A stretch of 64,000 nt of DNA. It comes from a virus. The translations under genes were made by a program, and so were the position numbers. Below are positions 37,735-47,538 of the stretch, one piece after another (the stretch's first letter is position 1; each line of letters opens with the position of its first letter). The notes below the pieces were generated by a model. That model was not told where the DNA came from, did not search any database, and saw only the letters and a list, made by a program, of their open reading frames with translations. The stretch is taken from positions 119,547 through 183,546 of IMG/VR virus record IMGVR_UViG_3300045450_000145, one strand, 5' to 3'.

Positions 37735-40700
37735 ACGGACTGTCTAATTGTGGTAGGAGTAAGTGCCTCGACGATTTCAATATCAGATAGCTCTGCCGCT
37801 GACTGTAAGATTTCATCAAACCCTGGTTCTACCGTAAAGAGAGAACCAAATGAGTTAGTTGAATAAACAGGCACTAACACGACAGATGCAATGTCAGCCG
37901 GCAATCTCTGGTGAATGAGAGTAATGAGCTTAGTTAGGTAGAAGGAATCTCCAAAGTCCCAATCGTCAATTTGGAAGAAAGTATTTATCACGTTAATAAT
38001 CTCTTCCTTGATTCTTTCATTGGTTAGAGTTCCAGTCTGTGATCTTACAACCTTGAATTTAGCGCGGAGCTGTGGTTCAGCGAGGGACCCAAACAACAAT
38101 CTGATTTTACCAGAATGTAAAACGACGGTGTCAGATAGCATCTTATTCTTTAGTAAGTAACCATATGAGTTTCTCAACTCAAGAGGTGTCGGTGCAGTCG
38201 GTGCGCTTTCACTGATTCCTCTAACGTAAGAAATAACGCTATCATAATAGCCGCGAGTTAATACAAACATGTCATGAATGTTGGTCGCAGATGGATCTAT
38301 AATATTTGTATATGGTGAGAAGTGCTGCCACATGAAGTCCAAACCATCATCACCTGAATTCAAAGCCGGCATGCGTTGACGTCGGCCGTAAATCTGATTA
38401 TTATCAACAAATGCGCCCGCCGCCCACGTAGATGATGCAGCCTTTGCAATTTCTTCTCTGTCAGTCGCCAGTAATGGATTAAAGGTATAAGATGCATTTG
38501 CTAAGTTAAAATACTCAAATGAGTTATTAGCAAAAGTTTCGAACTGGAGTAGACGATCTGGGATTAAATCACCACTTTCGTCCTCCTTTAGCAAGTCAGA
38601 TGGGATAATCTCCAAGCTATTAAAGTCAATAATTCCATTATCATCCTTGACCGCACCAACGACGTCATAAATTTGACTTTTCTTAATTATATTGCCAGCA
38701 GAATCAAAGTTGCTCTTTAAGATTCTAATGCGATCATAGACAACGTCTTTAGTTTCATTATCTAAAATTTGATCCGCTGAGTTATACCAGAACTTTGTAG
38801 TTGGAGACTTAATAGTCAATTTTAATTCACGGTTGTGAATTTCATAACCGATGATATTATTAGTTGGCTGCTGTCTAATTTTCTTAATAAAGATAACCCA
38901 ACTATGTTGCTTAATGTCAGCATTAATGTCTGACGTAGTAAACTTCAAGTCATGCCGGCGGCTCTCTAAGATACCGCTTTCATAATCGCGTAGCTGAGTG
39001 AAGCCCATGATTTCCCACCAGCCATTCAAGTTGATGACTTGCTTTGAATCAAAATTGCGAATATTAAACTTTTTAGTGTTAGAATTATAATCTAAAACAA
39101 ATGCATCGCCTGGCTCAAACTTAATATCACCTTGTGTTACCGTAAAGAAGTCAGTAATAATTTGCGATGATACAGGCCTAATTTGATATTTTGAATTAAC
39201 AGTCCCAGATGGGAAAGAACCTCTCAAGTTGCTTCTAACATCCAAAGTCAAACCATCAGCCTGCACTTCAATCGTGAATACCTCGCCATCTTCAGTTAAA
39301 TCAGGCGTGTTGTGAATATTGATAAACCCATTACCAATACCTGAGAGGTATGGGTTATAGCGTAAAGCGAAGTAATCCTGCTCAGCGATTGGCTGTAAGC
39401 CAGATCCAATATCTCCTGGTGGAAACTTATTAACTCCGTCAATTGTTCTTGGTGTGTTAGCTGAGTAAATCTTAGAGTCGTCTTTTGGATATTCGTCAGG
39501 GTCCAAGATTTTAGCCATGATAGAGCCAGTGACAGGGTCTTGCACATACTCAAGCGGCTCACCATACCAATGTCTATCAATTAAACCTTGAATTGCAGTT
39601 TTTTCCTTGAGTGAGCCATCACTATTACCAAGAACTGCCGCGGGATTGCCACTCTTATCGAAGTATAAATTGCCTCTATTGTCCTCAATGAACTTACGAC
39701 GGGGAGAACTAACAACGCCCCTCAATGCAGGGTCAGTTGCAGTAATATGCAAGAGAGTATTGATGACACCGCTGGTATTCAATAAAGGTTCAATGACATT
39801 GTCAATTAGGGCTTGACCAGAGACAGATGTGGTTTGAGTATTGATTCCCATCTGATAACGCATTGTGGCATCATCACCAAATAACTTGATGTTTTCATAA
39901 CTACCAGATGCGTCATTCCAATCCAGGTATTTTGGCTGCCCGGCAAAGGTTCTATTGATGCCCTTCAGACGTAAGATTGACGGGTCTTTTAATGGGTAGG
40001 TGTTGTAATCCTGGCCATTAACCATTCTATTTTGAGAATAGTAAGTCGAAGGCGCGGCGCGGCGGATGTGCTCAATACTTTCTGTTCCAGACCCGTTCTG
40101 CAGAGTCGTAGTCAGGCTGAATGTTAACGCACAAGTTTCACTATTACCCAAACTAGATGCATAACTGAAGTTCATACTTTCATTAGCAACTCTATTTTTT
40201 TGAATAACAATGCTTCTATTTGCAGACTGACGCATCCAAAAACGGAATGTTCCAACTGGAGCGTCGCTGAAGTCGCCATCACCAAACACTACCGCAATTT
40301 GATCGTTTTCACGAGTATCAATTTCAAACTTACGTCGACTGCTGCGGTCGTTATTAAAAACTAAATTCTGTTCATTGATAGTATCGACCTGATTCCACCT
40401 TTCAACCACATTGTCATTCTCAACACGCTGCACCCAAACGTCAGTGTGATTAATATTTTGAGGTTCAAAGTCAATAACTCTATCTGGCAATTGGCTTTCT
40501 AAATTTAGGTCAATCTTAGTTAAAACACCTTGCTTAACATAGCACAGGAAGCCTGTATAATCAGAGCCATCACCAATGCCATCATTTGCATAGATAATGC
40601 TCATCGGTGAAGTTGCATCTGGTTCTCTCTCAAATGGTCCATTTGCATCAATGTCAGCAGGCACAACTTCCATTGGGTATGTGTCTTGACCAGCTGATGC

Positions 40701-41294
40701 ACCAAATGCAAATACGCCATTCCTAAAGCTTGCAGTGTCATTGCGTAAAGAATACAGGTTCATTACAACGTCACCAACTTGGAATGACTTGTGTGGCTGC
40801 CCAACTCTATTTGATAAGATGCGGTTCATAACTAGAATAAATTGCTCTTTCCAGTTTGAATTATTTGGGTCATTCCAGTTAATAGTTAAACCGGCTAAGT
40901 CAGTGCCTCGACTGTCGGTTACTCTTTCTGTGGTAGAAATGCTATTAATTTTAACCAGGCCGCGAAGTGGAATATTACGAGTGGCTTTGTATGAAATTAG
41001 CTTGGCTAGATTTAAGATGCTTTGCTTGCGCTGCGCGGTGGTGATGAAGTTCTCATGAGACACCATGTCAACGCGATATGCTAATTGCTCTGCAATATAT
41101 GCAAAGATTTCCAGCATCATGATAAATTCAGACGACTCAATGTAGTCGTTGAATGCCTCAGGATAATAGGTTTTTGTGTAGTCAATGAGAGACTGCTTGA
41201 TGCTCTCGTAATCATACGACACAAAACTTACCTCGCTGAATGCGTTGTAAATCTTATCCCATGTTTCTGCACTATACGTAGTTCTTAACGCCAT
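37731..41294 (-). CDS. gp6: Baseplate wedge subunit, T4 gp6-like
   Basis: DYESIKQSLIDY...FNDY...MLEIFAY, NGSGTESIEHIRRAAP...QNRMV...DY and C-terminal DDWDFG motifs. Confidence 0.85.
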   Translation of the reverse strand: MALRTTYSAETWDKIYNAFSEVSFVSYDYESIKQSLIDYTKTYYPEAFNDYIESSEFIMMLEIFAYIAEQLAYRVDMVSHENFITTAQRKQSILNLAKLISYKATRNIPLRGLVKINSISTTERVTDSRGTDLAGLTINWNDPNNSNWKEQFILVMNRILSNRVGQPHKSFQVGDVVMNLYSLRNDTASFRNGVFAFGASAGQDTYPMEVVPADIDANGPFEREPDATSPMSIIYANDGIGDGSDYTGFLCYVKQGVLTKIDLNLESQLPDRVIDFEPQNINHTDVWVQRVENDNVVERWNQVDTINEQNLVFNNDRSSRRKFEIDTRENDQIAVVFGDGDFSDAPVGTFRFWMRQSANRSIVIQKNRVANESMNFSYASSLGNSETCALTFSLTTTLQNGSGTESIEHIRRAAPSTYYSQNRMVNGQDYNTYPLKDPSILRLKGINRTFAGQPKYLDWNDASGSYENIKLFGDDATMRYQMGINTQTTSVSGQALIDNVIEPLLNTSGVINTLLHITATDPALRGVVSSPRRKFIEDNRGNLYFDKSGNPAAVLGNSDGSLKEKTAIQGLIDRHWYGEPLEYVQDPVTGSIMAKILDPDEYPKDDSKIYSANTPRTIDGVNKFPPGDIGSGLQPIAEQDYFALRYNPYLSGIGNGFINIHNTPDLTEDGEVFTIEVQADGLTLDVRSNLRGSFPSGTVNSKYQIRPVSSQIITDFFTVTQGDIKFEPGDAFVLDYNSNTKKFNIRNFDSKQVINLNGWWEIMGFTQLRDYESGILESRRHDLKFTTSDINADIKQHSWVIFIKKIRQQPTNNIIGYEIHNRELKLTIKSPTTKFWYNSADQILDNETKDVVYDRIRILKSNFDSAGNIIKKSQIYDVVGAVKDDNGIIDFNSLEIIPSDLLKEDESGDLIPDRLLQFETFANNSFEYFNLANASYTFNPLLATDREEIAKAASSTWAAGAFVDNNQIYGRRQRMPALNSGDDGLDFMWQHFSPYTNIIDPSATNIHDMFVLTRGYYDSVISYVRGISESAPTAPTPLELRNSYGYLLKNKMLSDTVVLHSGKIRLLFGSLAEPQLRAKFKVVRSQTGTLTNERIKEEIINVINTFFQIDDWDFGDSFYLTKLITLIHQRLPADIASVVLVPVYSTNSFGSLFTVEPGFDEILQSAAELSDIEIVEALTPTTIRQSV

Positions 41295-41319
41295 ATCTCT
41301 TCCAGGTTTGTACTTTAAT

Positions 41320-41326
41320 TATTTAT
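41320..41326 (-). promoter_or_regulatory. T4-like late promoter ATAAATA
   Basis: 25 nt upstream of gp6 start. Confidence 0.6.
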
Positions 41327-41347
41327 GAGGATTAAGAATATGAATTT

Positions 41348-41707
41348 TTAATCAGTTTTAAACTCAAGGTGTAAGCTGTCAAATTCGTTAAGTGAAAGAT
41401 ATTTTAAATCTAATACTGCTGTAATCGCGTTGTTGTCTGGTAAAGCCATCACTGCAATGTCTACAAGTTCGACTCGAGGATCATAATCTACCACCCCCCG
41501 CAGGTCATCTTCAACAGCTTTTAAAGTCAGCTGATCAAGCTGCTCAAAAGCGATCATTGGGATAATGGTCCCAAAGTTTGGCATGTTGACTCTTTCGCCC
41601 TTCAATGTATAAATGTGGTTTAGAAGGTCACGATTGATAAGTTCCTTCCCACTTAAACTAAATCCCTTTTTAGTCTTATCGGCAGTTGAAAATCCTAAGT
41701 ACTTCAT
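41348..41707 (-). CDS. gp25: Baseplate wedge subunit gp25-like
   Basis: LINRDLLNHIYTLKGERVNMPNFGT...YDPRV (GPW_gp25 signature). Confidence 0.9.
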   Translation of the reverse strand: MKYLGFSTADKTKKGFSLSGKELINRDLLNHIYTLKGERVNMPNFGTIIPMIAFEQLDQLTLKAVEDDLRGVVDYDPRVELVDIAVMALPDNNAITAVLDLKYLSLNEFDSLHLEFKTD

Positions 41708-42808
41708 TTACTTCTTCCAGTTAGGGTTACGAGTGGTCTTAGATGCTGGGCGCTCCCAGGGCTCATGTCCAGGCACTAATGTAGGCAATGATGCACAAGC
41801 GGCTTCAGACGCACCAGGACCATTAAGGTGAATCTGGGACCCAGTTGCAAGTAGCGAACCTGAAGCCAAGATATTAAAGTTGCCACCAGATGTTATGCTT
41901 ACACCTTTGCCGCTTAGTGACAGATCTGCACACGCTGTGACGCGCGCAGATCCGCCCGCAGCAATGTTAATATTTTCGCCAGCGATGTTGACATTATTAT
42001 TAGCATTTAAATTTAAGTCCTCGCCCGCCGAAATGCTAACTGAGCGAGAACCAAAGACGTGAACGTGACCGTCAGAATCTAATTCAATCCAGGTGTTGCC
42101 CTTTGCAGTTGAAACATAGATACGCTCGTTGGCATCATCAAAGATAATTTGATGACCATCTGCAGTTTTAATTCGCATTCTAGAATTTTTAGGATTGTCC
42201 TGCATAATTAAAGCATGGTGTCCTGGTGTAACCATGCAATATGTCTGCGGGTCTAATCCATTTTCAACTACACCCTTCTCATACCCTTCAGCACCATCCT
42301 TCACGCTCTTATCTTGTGCAACCTGTCGTTCATATGCACCCCGGGTAATTGCTTCAGGCGCATCTAATTTATTATCAAATTGAACTGCTAAGTTTGAGGA
42401 CTGCGGCTCTACTGGGTCAAAGGTATCAGAGACCCCAGACTTATTTCCTAAATCTGGTCTATTTCTACCGGCGGGCAAGGATCGATTACCATGTTCGTTA
42501 AAATAACTACCAAGATAGAACCTGCGTGATGGGCTATTGTAAAGCAAAATTACAAGTACAGCAGCGCCTACTTTTGGAATTGCCCAGAAGCCATATGATA
42601 GCAATCCTTTAGTTTTCTTTCCTTTTGAACCTGCCGGGAAATCCCTAGTTTGGCCACCAAGAGGGGTAACAAAGCTCGTCCATGGCAATGTGTCAATGTT
42701 GTAGTTGTCTCCATCCACTGATGGACACCACACCTTCATTCGGCCCATCTGCTGCGGGTCTGATGTATCAACTACCACGCCCTCTACAATATTATAGTTT
42801 TGTCTCAT
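41708..42808 (-). CDS. gp5: Baseplate central spike, gp5/VgrG-like (OB fold + beta-helix, no lysozyme domain)
   Basis: VEGVVVDTSDPQQMGRMKVWCP, IPKVG, IKTADGHQIIFDD and IHLNG motifs. Confidence 0.85.
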   Translation of the reverse strand: MRQNYNIVEGVVVDTSDPQQMGRMKVWCPSVDGDNYNIDTLPWTSFVTPLGGQTRDFPAGSKGKKTKGLLSYGFWAIPKVGAAVLVILLYNSPSRRFYLGSYFNEHGNRSLPAGRNRPDLGNKSGVSDTFDPVEPQSSNLAVQFDNKLDAPEAITRGAYERQVAQDKSVKDGAEGYEKGVVENGLDPQTYCMVTPGHHALIMQDNPKNSRMRIKTADGHQIIFDDANERIYVSTAKGNTWIELDSDGHVHVFGSRSVSISAGEDLNLNANNNVNIAGENINIAAGGSARVTACADLSLSGKGVSITSGGNFNILASGSLLATGSQIHLNGPGASEAACASLPTLVPGHEPWERPASKTTRNPNWKK

Positions 42809-44904
42809 ATGGATTTTGCCTTCTGATCTGGTGCGATATATTTACCATTGCCAAAGACGTTATGAGAATACAACTCTAGGTCTTGGGTGAAGTTGCCACC
42901 TTCAATCTTATTACTCACCTTCATGACGACATAATAGTTATCTTGTAAAATAGTGCTAGCATATGCACCACCATTCTGAATGCCAGTCCTAAAGTCTACA
43001 TTAGGCTGGTTAATATTAATTTTTACAAAAATTGGGGTCCCAGTGTAACTTCCATTACCAAGCGTGTTGGCAACGATACTTCCATTTTCTAACCTTAGTT
43101 CGCCTCTAGGATTATCATTAACTAACGAATCTAAGAACAACTTTCGATATTCTTTTTTCACGGTGGTATTAACGTTGCTGACTTGACCACTACCTGTGCC
43201 CTGTCCAGTATTAGTGGTTCCTGCTTGATGTGGTGCAAAATCTTCGATGCAAAACTTTTGCATAATTAACGGATTGCCCCTAATTGTAATCATGGTAGTA
43301 ATAGGAGATGCAGCATAAAATAGTGATAGGTTTCGAATATAATCTTGTCGGCCGGCGATCATGTCCTTCCCACCTTCTTTTTCTAATAAGCTCGCTGCAT
43401 AGTCAGAATAGTTTTTTAACTCAGCTTCAGTATTTTTTGGTAAAATGAACGGGTCAAAGGGCCGCATTGAGATTAATTCTGACTTTTTCTTTTCATTGAC
43501 TTCCTTCTCATTAGACTGCCCATACTCAGTCACGCCCGTTAATGCACCTGCTCCTAAGTTTAGATTACTTGCTAGCATCCACTGCAAATCCTGAATTTGC
43601 ATGTCAAAGTTCAGAATGTCTGAATTCTTACCCGTAAAGATGTAGTTGTATTCAAGATAATTCTTAGGAGTTCTAACGTTAGTTTTACTATCAACGTGAT
43701 AATAATCATTCTCGAGTGCTGAAGAGTTCTTCTCCTTGAGCACTATATTAGGAATTACGAAGGGTACTACGTTAACATGCACAATCATGCTTTCATCATC
43801 GCTAGTAATACCAACAATATGCTTATAGAAGGTGACAACACCGCCTTCCCCAACAGATTTTCTACCATTTCCTAAATCTGCAATCTGTTTAACTTGCTTA
43901 AACATTAAATCTAAAACACTGGTAATCTGGATTCCATTATTAACTGAGAAGTGTGAGCTGGTTGGGGTGCCACCCGCGTCTTTATTCTCGGGCTTATCTT
44001 TAGCCTTACTATTTTCTGCTTCAGCTAGCGCAACCCTAAAGTCCTTTTCAGTTGCGCTGTTTGTCGCGGTGCCTGTAAATTCAAAGTTCTCCCACTCTTC
44101 TGGGATCGTAATCATATATCTAACTAGCCTGCCAAATTTACCAACATTATTACTGCCGCCACTTTGTTTAAGTACTTGTTGGACTTTATTGCTGGCTGAG
44201 TTATAATAAGTTAATGACGCCTTATTAAGTTGCTCTTCAAAAGAATTAACAATGCTACCTAAGGTGTTAGAGCCATTGCCGGTAAAGTACGAGGTTGCAT
44301 TATAGATGTGAAGCCACCTATCATGTTTCGTGGTATTGAAGTTGGAATTAGGCATGAACTCAATATTATAAATGCCTCGTGCATGATCTAAACCGACTCC
44401 AATCTTAAAGAGATGTGCAGGAATAGAAATTGTCTGCACCGTTTCGGTCTTACCATCCGCAGTGTGCCCTACAAATAAAACCTGAATCATGAAGATGATG
44501 CCGTCAAAGTTAGTTTGCATTTTCTCGTCCATTAACCACTGTAAGAAGTTAATGAAAGAAATGCCTGATGCATCAACTACGGTCATTTTAATTTCAGTTG
44601 ACAAGTTGGCGTGAGAGTCACCACTTGATAAACCATTAATTAGGGTTTCATATTGCATGCTCTCAACTGAAAATTGAGAAAACCTACGGGTATCCATTAC
44701 CAAAAATGCAGTATCTTTAGTGCCGTAAGGAACTGCATCGCCCAACATCTCAACCTTATTGATTGCAGCTAATGCGTTTGGGTTAACTGTTTTAGTTGAG
44801 TAGGCCTTTGCCTCTTGCGTGGTTCTACACGCGAGCATGATGTAGTGCACCGAATATGTTGCAAACTTATCAAGTGGGTTTACAGTTTTAATTAATGATT
44901 CCAT
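42805..44904 (-). CDS. Probable baseplate hub protein (gp27-like)
   Basis: Position upstream of gp5; ITIRGNP...YVVMKVSNKIEGGNFTQDLEL hub-like C-terminus. Confidence 0.5.
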   Translation of the reverse strand: MESLIKTVNPLDKFATYSVHYIMLACRTTQEAKAYSTKTVNPNALAAINKVEMLGDAVPYGTKDTAFLVMDTRRFSQFSVESMQYETLINGLSSGDSHANLSTEIKMTVVDASGISFINFLQWLMDEKMQTNFDGIIFMIQVLFVGHTADGKTETVQTISIPAHLFKIGVGLDHARGIYNIEFMPNSNFNTTKHDRWLHIYNATSYFTGNGSNTLGSIVNSFEEQLNKASLTYYNSASNKVQQVLKQSGGSNNVGKFGRLVRYMITIPEEWENFEFTGTATNSATEKDFRVALAEAENSKAKDKPENKDAGGTPTSSHFSVNNGIQITSVLDLMFKQVKQIADLGNGRKSVGEGGVVTFYKHIVGITSDDESMIVHVNVVPFVIPNIVLKEKNSSALENDYYHVDSKTNVRTPKNYLEYNYIFTGKNSDILNFDMQIQDLQWMLASNLNLGAGALTGVTEYGQSNEKEVNEKKKSELISMRPFDPFILPKNTEAELKNYSDYAASLLEKEGGKDMIAGRQDYIRNLSLFYAASPITTMITIRGNPLIMQKFCIEDFAPHQAGTTNTGQGTGSGQVSNVNTTVKKEYRKLFLDSLVNDNPRGELRLENGSIVANTLGNGSYTGTPIFVKININQPNVDFRTGIQNGGAYASTILQDNYYVVMKVSNKIEGGNFTQDLELYSHNVFGNGKYIAPDQKAKSI

Positions 44905-44910
44905 ATATTT

Positions 44911-45282
44911 TTATACTATTGGCAGAATTGAAGTTGAAATAACTCTCTTTGAATCAACTCCACCCAGTCTGCCATTTAAGATGGCATTCACCTTCTCTAA
45001 GGTGGGGATATAAATGATTGCGCCTTCCTTGACTTCATCGTGCATATCTAAGATGTTATTATACTGGGCAATAACCCATGCATATTTCGGCTCGCCCAAA
45101 AAAAGAGTCGCAATTAAATCTAAACGACCGTTAAATTTTTTCTCAACATAATAAACAATATCATCTTTTGATGACGCAATAACGTTGCGCTCCCACCATT
45201 CAATCTTATTATTCTTGAATTCAGTTGTGCCTCCGCTAACATAACGACTATCTCTACGATTTAAGCTGTTCTTTTCTGCCAT
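44911..45282 (-). CDS. gp53: Baseplate wedge LysM-like protein (gp53-like)
   Basis: GRLDLIATLFLGEPKYAWVIAQYNNILD...GAIIYIP. Confidence 0.75.
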   Translation of the reverse strand: MAEKNSLNRRDSRYVSGGTTEFKNNKIEWWERNVIASSKDDIVYYVEKKFNGRLDLIATLFLGEPKYAWVIAQYNNILDMHDEVKEGAIIYIPTLEKVNAILNGRLGGVDSKRVISTSILPIV

Positions 45283-45291
45283 GTTAATTCC

Positions 45292-46335
45292 TTAGAAGTC
45301 GTAGTTATTGTACTCGCGTTCCTGATTTGAATTGCCTCGCGCACTATCTGGTATGACAATTTGTGAAACACCATTTTTAGCACCAAACGTAGCTTGAGCC
45401 TGCGATCGAGACATGCTAAATGAATTTTCTAAATCGCCAATCTCAAATTGAGTTCTAGAAAAATTATTAAATTGTTCGATTGAGTAGCTTTCAACTAATT
45501 GAATGGCGATGTTCATAATCGCAGGGAATGGCGTTAATTTGCCATCATCTCCAGTTACGTTAGTTGGTAGCCAATCTACATCTTGTGGCCAGTTCCAGTT
45601 AAGGGAAGTAATAACTACCGGTGTAGGACCAATAATATTCTTTCTAAAGCCGTTTAAAATTAACGTTGGTGGTGGTGCACCTAATTTGTCTTCATTACCA
45701 ATATCTGAACCGAAATACGGCATAGTCCATCCACGCAGCGTCTGCATTCTAAACAAATTCTGCGTGGCTTCAAAACTAGTTCTAGAGACTAACTTGGCAT
45801 TAATTGTCCAGGTAGTGCTGTCAGTCCCTTTATACTTTTGAAAAGCCCCTAAGAATTGGGATGGGGCAACTGACTCATAACTAACTGTTCGAGACTCAAC
45901 AATTTCCGGCATTACTTCAAATACAACAGCTGCGTAAGTACCCTCTGCGGTTTTCTGCTTAAGGGTCACAAGGTGTTCGTTAGATGGTGCATTTACTCCG
46001 GCGGCGTTCTTAATGTCGGTGGCTGATGCAGAACCCATTAAGGCGCTCTGCTCTTTCTCAATTTGCAATTTAACTAGGTCACCGGTGCCGCCTACTAAAA
46101 CTGAACCTGCTTTAGTCGCGGCGGCACTAATGACGTCAAATGACGGCAGATTGGCAGCAATTTTAGAAAATGGTTCCGTTGTGCCCAATGTGCCAATAGT
46201 TGAAGACACAGCTTCTGAAACCTTTGTGGTGGCATTACCAACCGCATAGCTAACCGAAGTTTGCACCGAGTTTGTAATGCTGTTGACCGTGTTTGAGATT
46301 GCTGGTAAGTTGAATATCTTGTCGAGTAAGCCCAT
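45292..46335 (-). CDS. Baseplate/tail-tube initiator protein (gp48/gp54-like)
   Basis: FEVMPEI.ESR.V.Y, GAPPP.L.L, PVVITSLNWNWP.DVDW pattern. Confidence 0.55.
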   Translation of the reverse strand: MGLLDKIFNLPAISNTVNSITNSVQTSVSYAVGNATTKVSEAVSSTIGTLGTTEPFSKIAANLPSFDVISAAATKAGSVLVGGTGDLVKLQIEKEQSALMGSASATDIKNAAGVNAPSNEHLVTLKQKTAEGTYAAVVFEVMPEIVESRTVSYESVAPSQFLGAFQKYKGTDSTTWTINAKLVSRTSFEATQNLFRMQTLRGWTMPYFGSDIGNEDKLGAPPPTLILNGFRKNIIGPTPVVITSLNWNWPQDVDWLPTNVTGDDGKLTPFPAIMNIAIQLVESYSIEQFNNFSRTQFEIGDLENSFSMSRSQAQATFGAKNGVSQIVIPDSARGNSNQEREYNNYDF

Positions 46336-46338
46336 AAT

Positions 46339-46947
46339 TTACCCCATTGATTTTTTGATTTTGTCAAATAAGTTTTTTGACAGCTTTGGCTTTTTCTCAA
46401 GCCCGACAATTTTCGCAAATATATCCTCCTTATCAAGATCAACCGCCTTTCTTGCGAGAGAGCCTGATGCAACACTGGGATTAATGTCATCTAGTGTAAG
46501 GTGGATTAGATTTTCAGGAGAAATGTTATTTCGTTCTAAGTTTGGAATCATTTCGCAATTAGGTGAATCAAAATACTTCTCAACCATTGAAACGTACTTA
46601 TCTGCCCGATCATCACCTGCTGCAATTGCCTTAATTCTATACCCTTGGTCTTTTACCTTCTCAAAGGCGTCGAATGCGCTAGATGCAATTAAGATTTGAA
46701 TACCATTTGCCTTACCTGATGCTTCTATAAATGTTTTGCGATCCTCTGCTGATAGAGGATTCTTTTCTTTATCTTTGCTTGTTTCTTTACCCTCGACTAA
46801 AATTAAAAAAGCCTTACTAATTTTTAAGTCGTCATTCTCTCGTATGAATTTCTTCATCTCGTCAATGACTTTGTAGTGACCAATTGTTGGCGGGTTTAAT
46901 CTTCCAACCATAACGGCGGCATTCTTCATGGTTGTTTTCGCATTCAT
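46339..46947 (-). CDS. HxGH nucleotidyltransferase (cytidylyltransferase-like / NMNAT-like)
   Basis: GRLNPPTIGH, KNPLS...R, AGDDR and SGSLAR motifs. Confidence 0.8.
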   Translation of the reverse strand: MNAKTTMKNAAVMVGRLNPPTIGHYKVIDEMKKFIRENDDLKISKAFLILVEGKETSKDKEKNPLSAEDRKTFIEASGKANGIQILIASSAFDAFEKVKDQGYRIKAIAAGDDRADKYVSMVEKYFDSPNCEMIPNLERNNISPENLIHLTLDDINPSVASGSLARKAVDLDKEDIFAKIVGLEKKPKLSKNLFDKIKKSMG

Positions 46948-46963
46948 TTTAAAATTGTAGTAC

Positions 46964-46971
46964 TATTTATA
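46964..46971 (-). promoter_or_regulatory. Perfect T4 late promoter TATAAATA
   Basis: 16 nt upstream of NTase start; heads the baseplate operon. Confidence 0.75.
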
Positions 46972-47032
46972 TCTTGAGCAGTTTTCAAAAATAGGCTCAA
47001 TCAATATTTTAAGCCACAAATATATTACAGGA

Positions 47033-47041
47033 TGTTAAAAT
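47033..47041 (+). promoter_or_regulatory. Extended -10 promoter TGTTAAAAT (early/middle type)
   Basis: 36 nt upstream of gp55; same motif at 48643 and 54468. Confidence 0.45.
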
Positions 47042-47077
47042 AACCTGTGTCGTCCAATATTTCTATGAGGTACTATT

Positions 47078-47533
47078 ATGGCGACATTTAAACGAGAAAA
47101 ATCAACTACCACCAAGGGCCACTATGTTACTAGTGCCGAGTTAATGGAAGCTATTGCGGCTGATAAAGCCAACAATAACAAGTTAAGCCCTCGACTTGCA
47201 AAATATCTGAGCATGATCGCGGAACGTTATTCATACACCCATTCTTTTCGAAATTACTCATTTAGAGAAGACATGGTTGCCTTCGCGCTAGTTAATTTGG
47301 TGGCAAATTGGCACAAATTTAATCCTGAAAAATCAAACAACCCATTCTCATTTTACACAACCGCAGTCTATCGTTCTTTCTTACAATACATTGCAGACGA
47401 GAAGAAGCAACGTGACATTCGCGACCAGTTATTAGTCGAAAATGGTGCAAATCCTTCATTCTCATTCCAAGATCGTTCAAAGTCTGGCGCAACCTCTGAC
47501 GAGAACGCGTTCAGAAATTCATCATCAGATTAA
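47078..47533 (+). CDS. gp55: Late-transcription sigma factor, T4 gp55-like
   Basis: HYVTSAEL...MIAERYS...FRNYSFREDM...KFNPEKSNNPFSFYT...FLQYIADEKKQ follows the gp55 pattern; lies directly upstream of gp47/gp46 as in T4. Confidence 0.88.
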   Translation: MATFKREKSTTTKGHYVTSAELMEAIAADKANNNKLSPRLAKYLSMIAERYSYTHSFRNYSFREDMVAFALVNLVANWHKFNPEKSNNPFSFYTTAVYRSFLQYIADEKKQRDIRDQLLVENGANPSFSFQDRSKSGATSDENAFRNSSSD

Positions 47534-47538
47534 CATAC

